Source: Malacoraja senta (lineage: Eukaryota). From it: DNA of 36,336 nt. The first letter of the stretch is position 1; every line of letters begins with the position of its first letter. Positions 35,541 to 36,336 of this stretch are shown piece after piece. The notes beneath the pieces were generated by a model. The model saw nothing but the letters and a program-made list of their open reading frames with translations, had not been told where the DNA came from and searched no databases. The DNA is taken from the NCBI GenBank assembly GCA_038087875.1, contig JAXLNO010000313.1:62001-98336 (forward strand), written 5' to 3'. The position numbers and the translations under genes were made by a program.

Positions 35541-36336
35541 ATTTTTGCTGTATTTCCCACTGTTTTGTGGGAAACACTGCGGTGTTGTGAGCGAGTACAT
35601 ACCGGGGGAAATACAAGAGAGAGACAAATGTTGACTTTTTTCCTCTTTTCTTTTCTACAGATGTGAACAATGAAGGAGGATATAGGACCAGGCGCCTGCT
35701 GCTGCTGATGCTGCTGTGGAAAACAAATAATTTTGCTCTGAAACTGGAGCCAAGTTGTATTAAGTGGGTGGGTCTTGCAATGAAATAAAAATACATTCAT
35801 CAAATCAAACACTTGACTTATGATTATTATGATCATCACACATTGAGGCCTGAGGGCTAGTAAAGGCCTGATGAGCCTTAGGGGCACATCCTGGGCTAGT
35901 ACAGGGCCTGATTGGCCAAAGGGACACTTAAGCAACTATTTTTGGTGGGGTGTAATCTGAGTTTTGAGTAGTCACCTTTGACTATTATGATCATCACACA
36001 CTGAGGCTGGTGGCTGGGGAGGGCTAGTGTGGGGACAGAGAACAGTGTGGGGGGGACAGAACAGTGGGGACAGAGAACATGCCGGATTGGCAGAAGGGTC
36101 ACCTCCTGGGCTAGCACAGATATGCCGAATGAGGGAATGCTTTTGCTATTTTTCCAGCCAGCCTTGGGCCTAAAATAGATTCTGAGCCAGGCACGCAGCA
36201 AAATCCATTTGTTGGCCTTTTCCATGTGCTGTCTGGCTGGCTGGCTGGCAAGGTGCTTTTAAGCCTTTAATGCATCACAGAGCATGAGGGAATACTTGCT
36301 GCAATTTGACCAGCTTTGTGGGGCCAATAATGCATT

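Overview
Repeat-dense vertebrate DNA with no intact host gene. The repeat families (CR1 with AATAGAC/TAGAAACA tails, L2, Rex1/Babar, L1, Penelope-like hairpins) suggest a cartilaginous fish, probably a skate or ray; this is an inference. From left to right: a G-rich low-complexity tract, a CpG island, and a decayed C2H2 zinc-finger gene; CR1, Helitron-like, Tc1 and hAT (Charlie/Buster-type) remnants; a hidden degenerate motif array (about 8.4-12.7 kb); a DIRS-like end joined to an L1 ORF2 fragment; several CR1 copies, one carrying a complex templated duplication/inversion; Rex1; a near-intact 4.7-kb Gypsy LTR element with no target-site duplication; a spliced three-exon THAP-domain P-element transposase pseudogene on the minus strand; a 30-bp minisatellite; more CR1 and (GA)n. 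The most notable observation is the P-element system. The THAP9-like gene still has a candidate transposon terminus, and its first intron holds two 36-37 bp imperfect palindromes. Each is flanked by an 8-bp direct repeat and resembles a P-element excision footprint.
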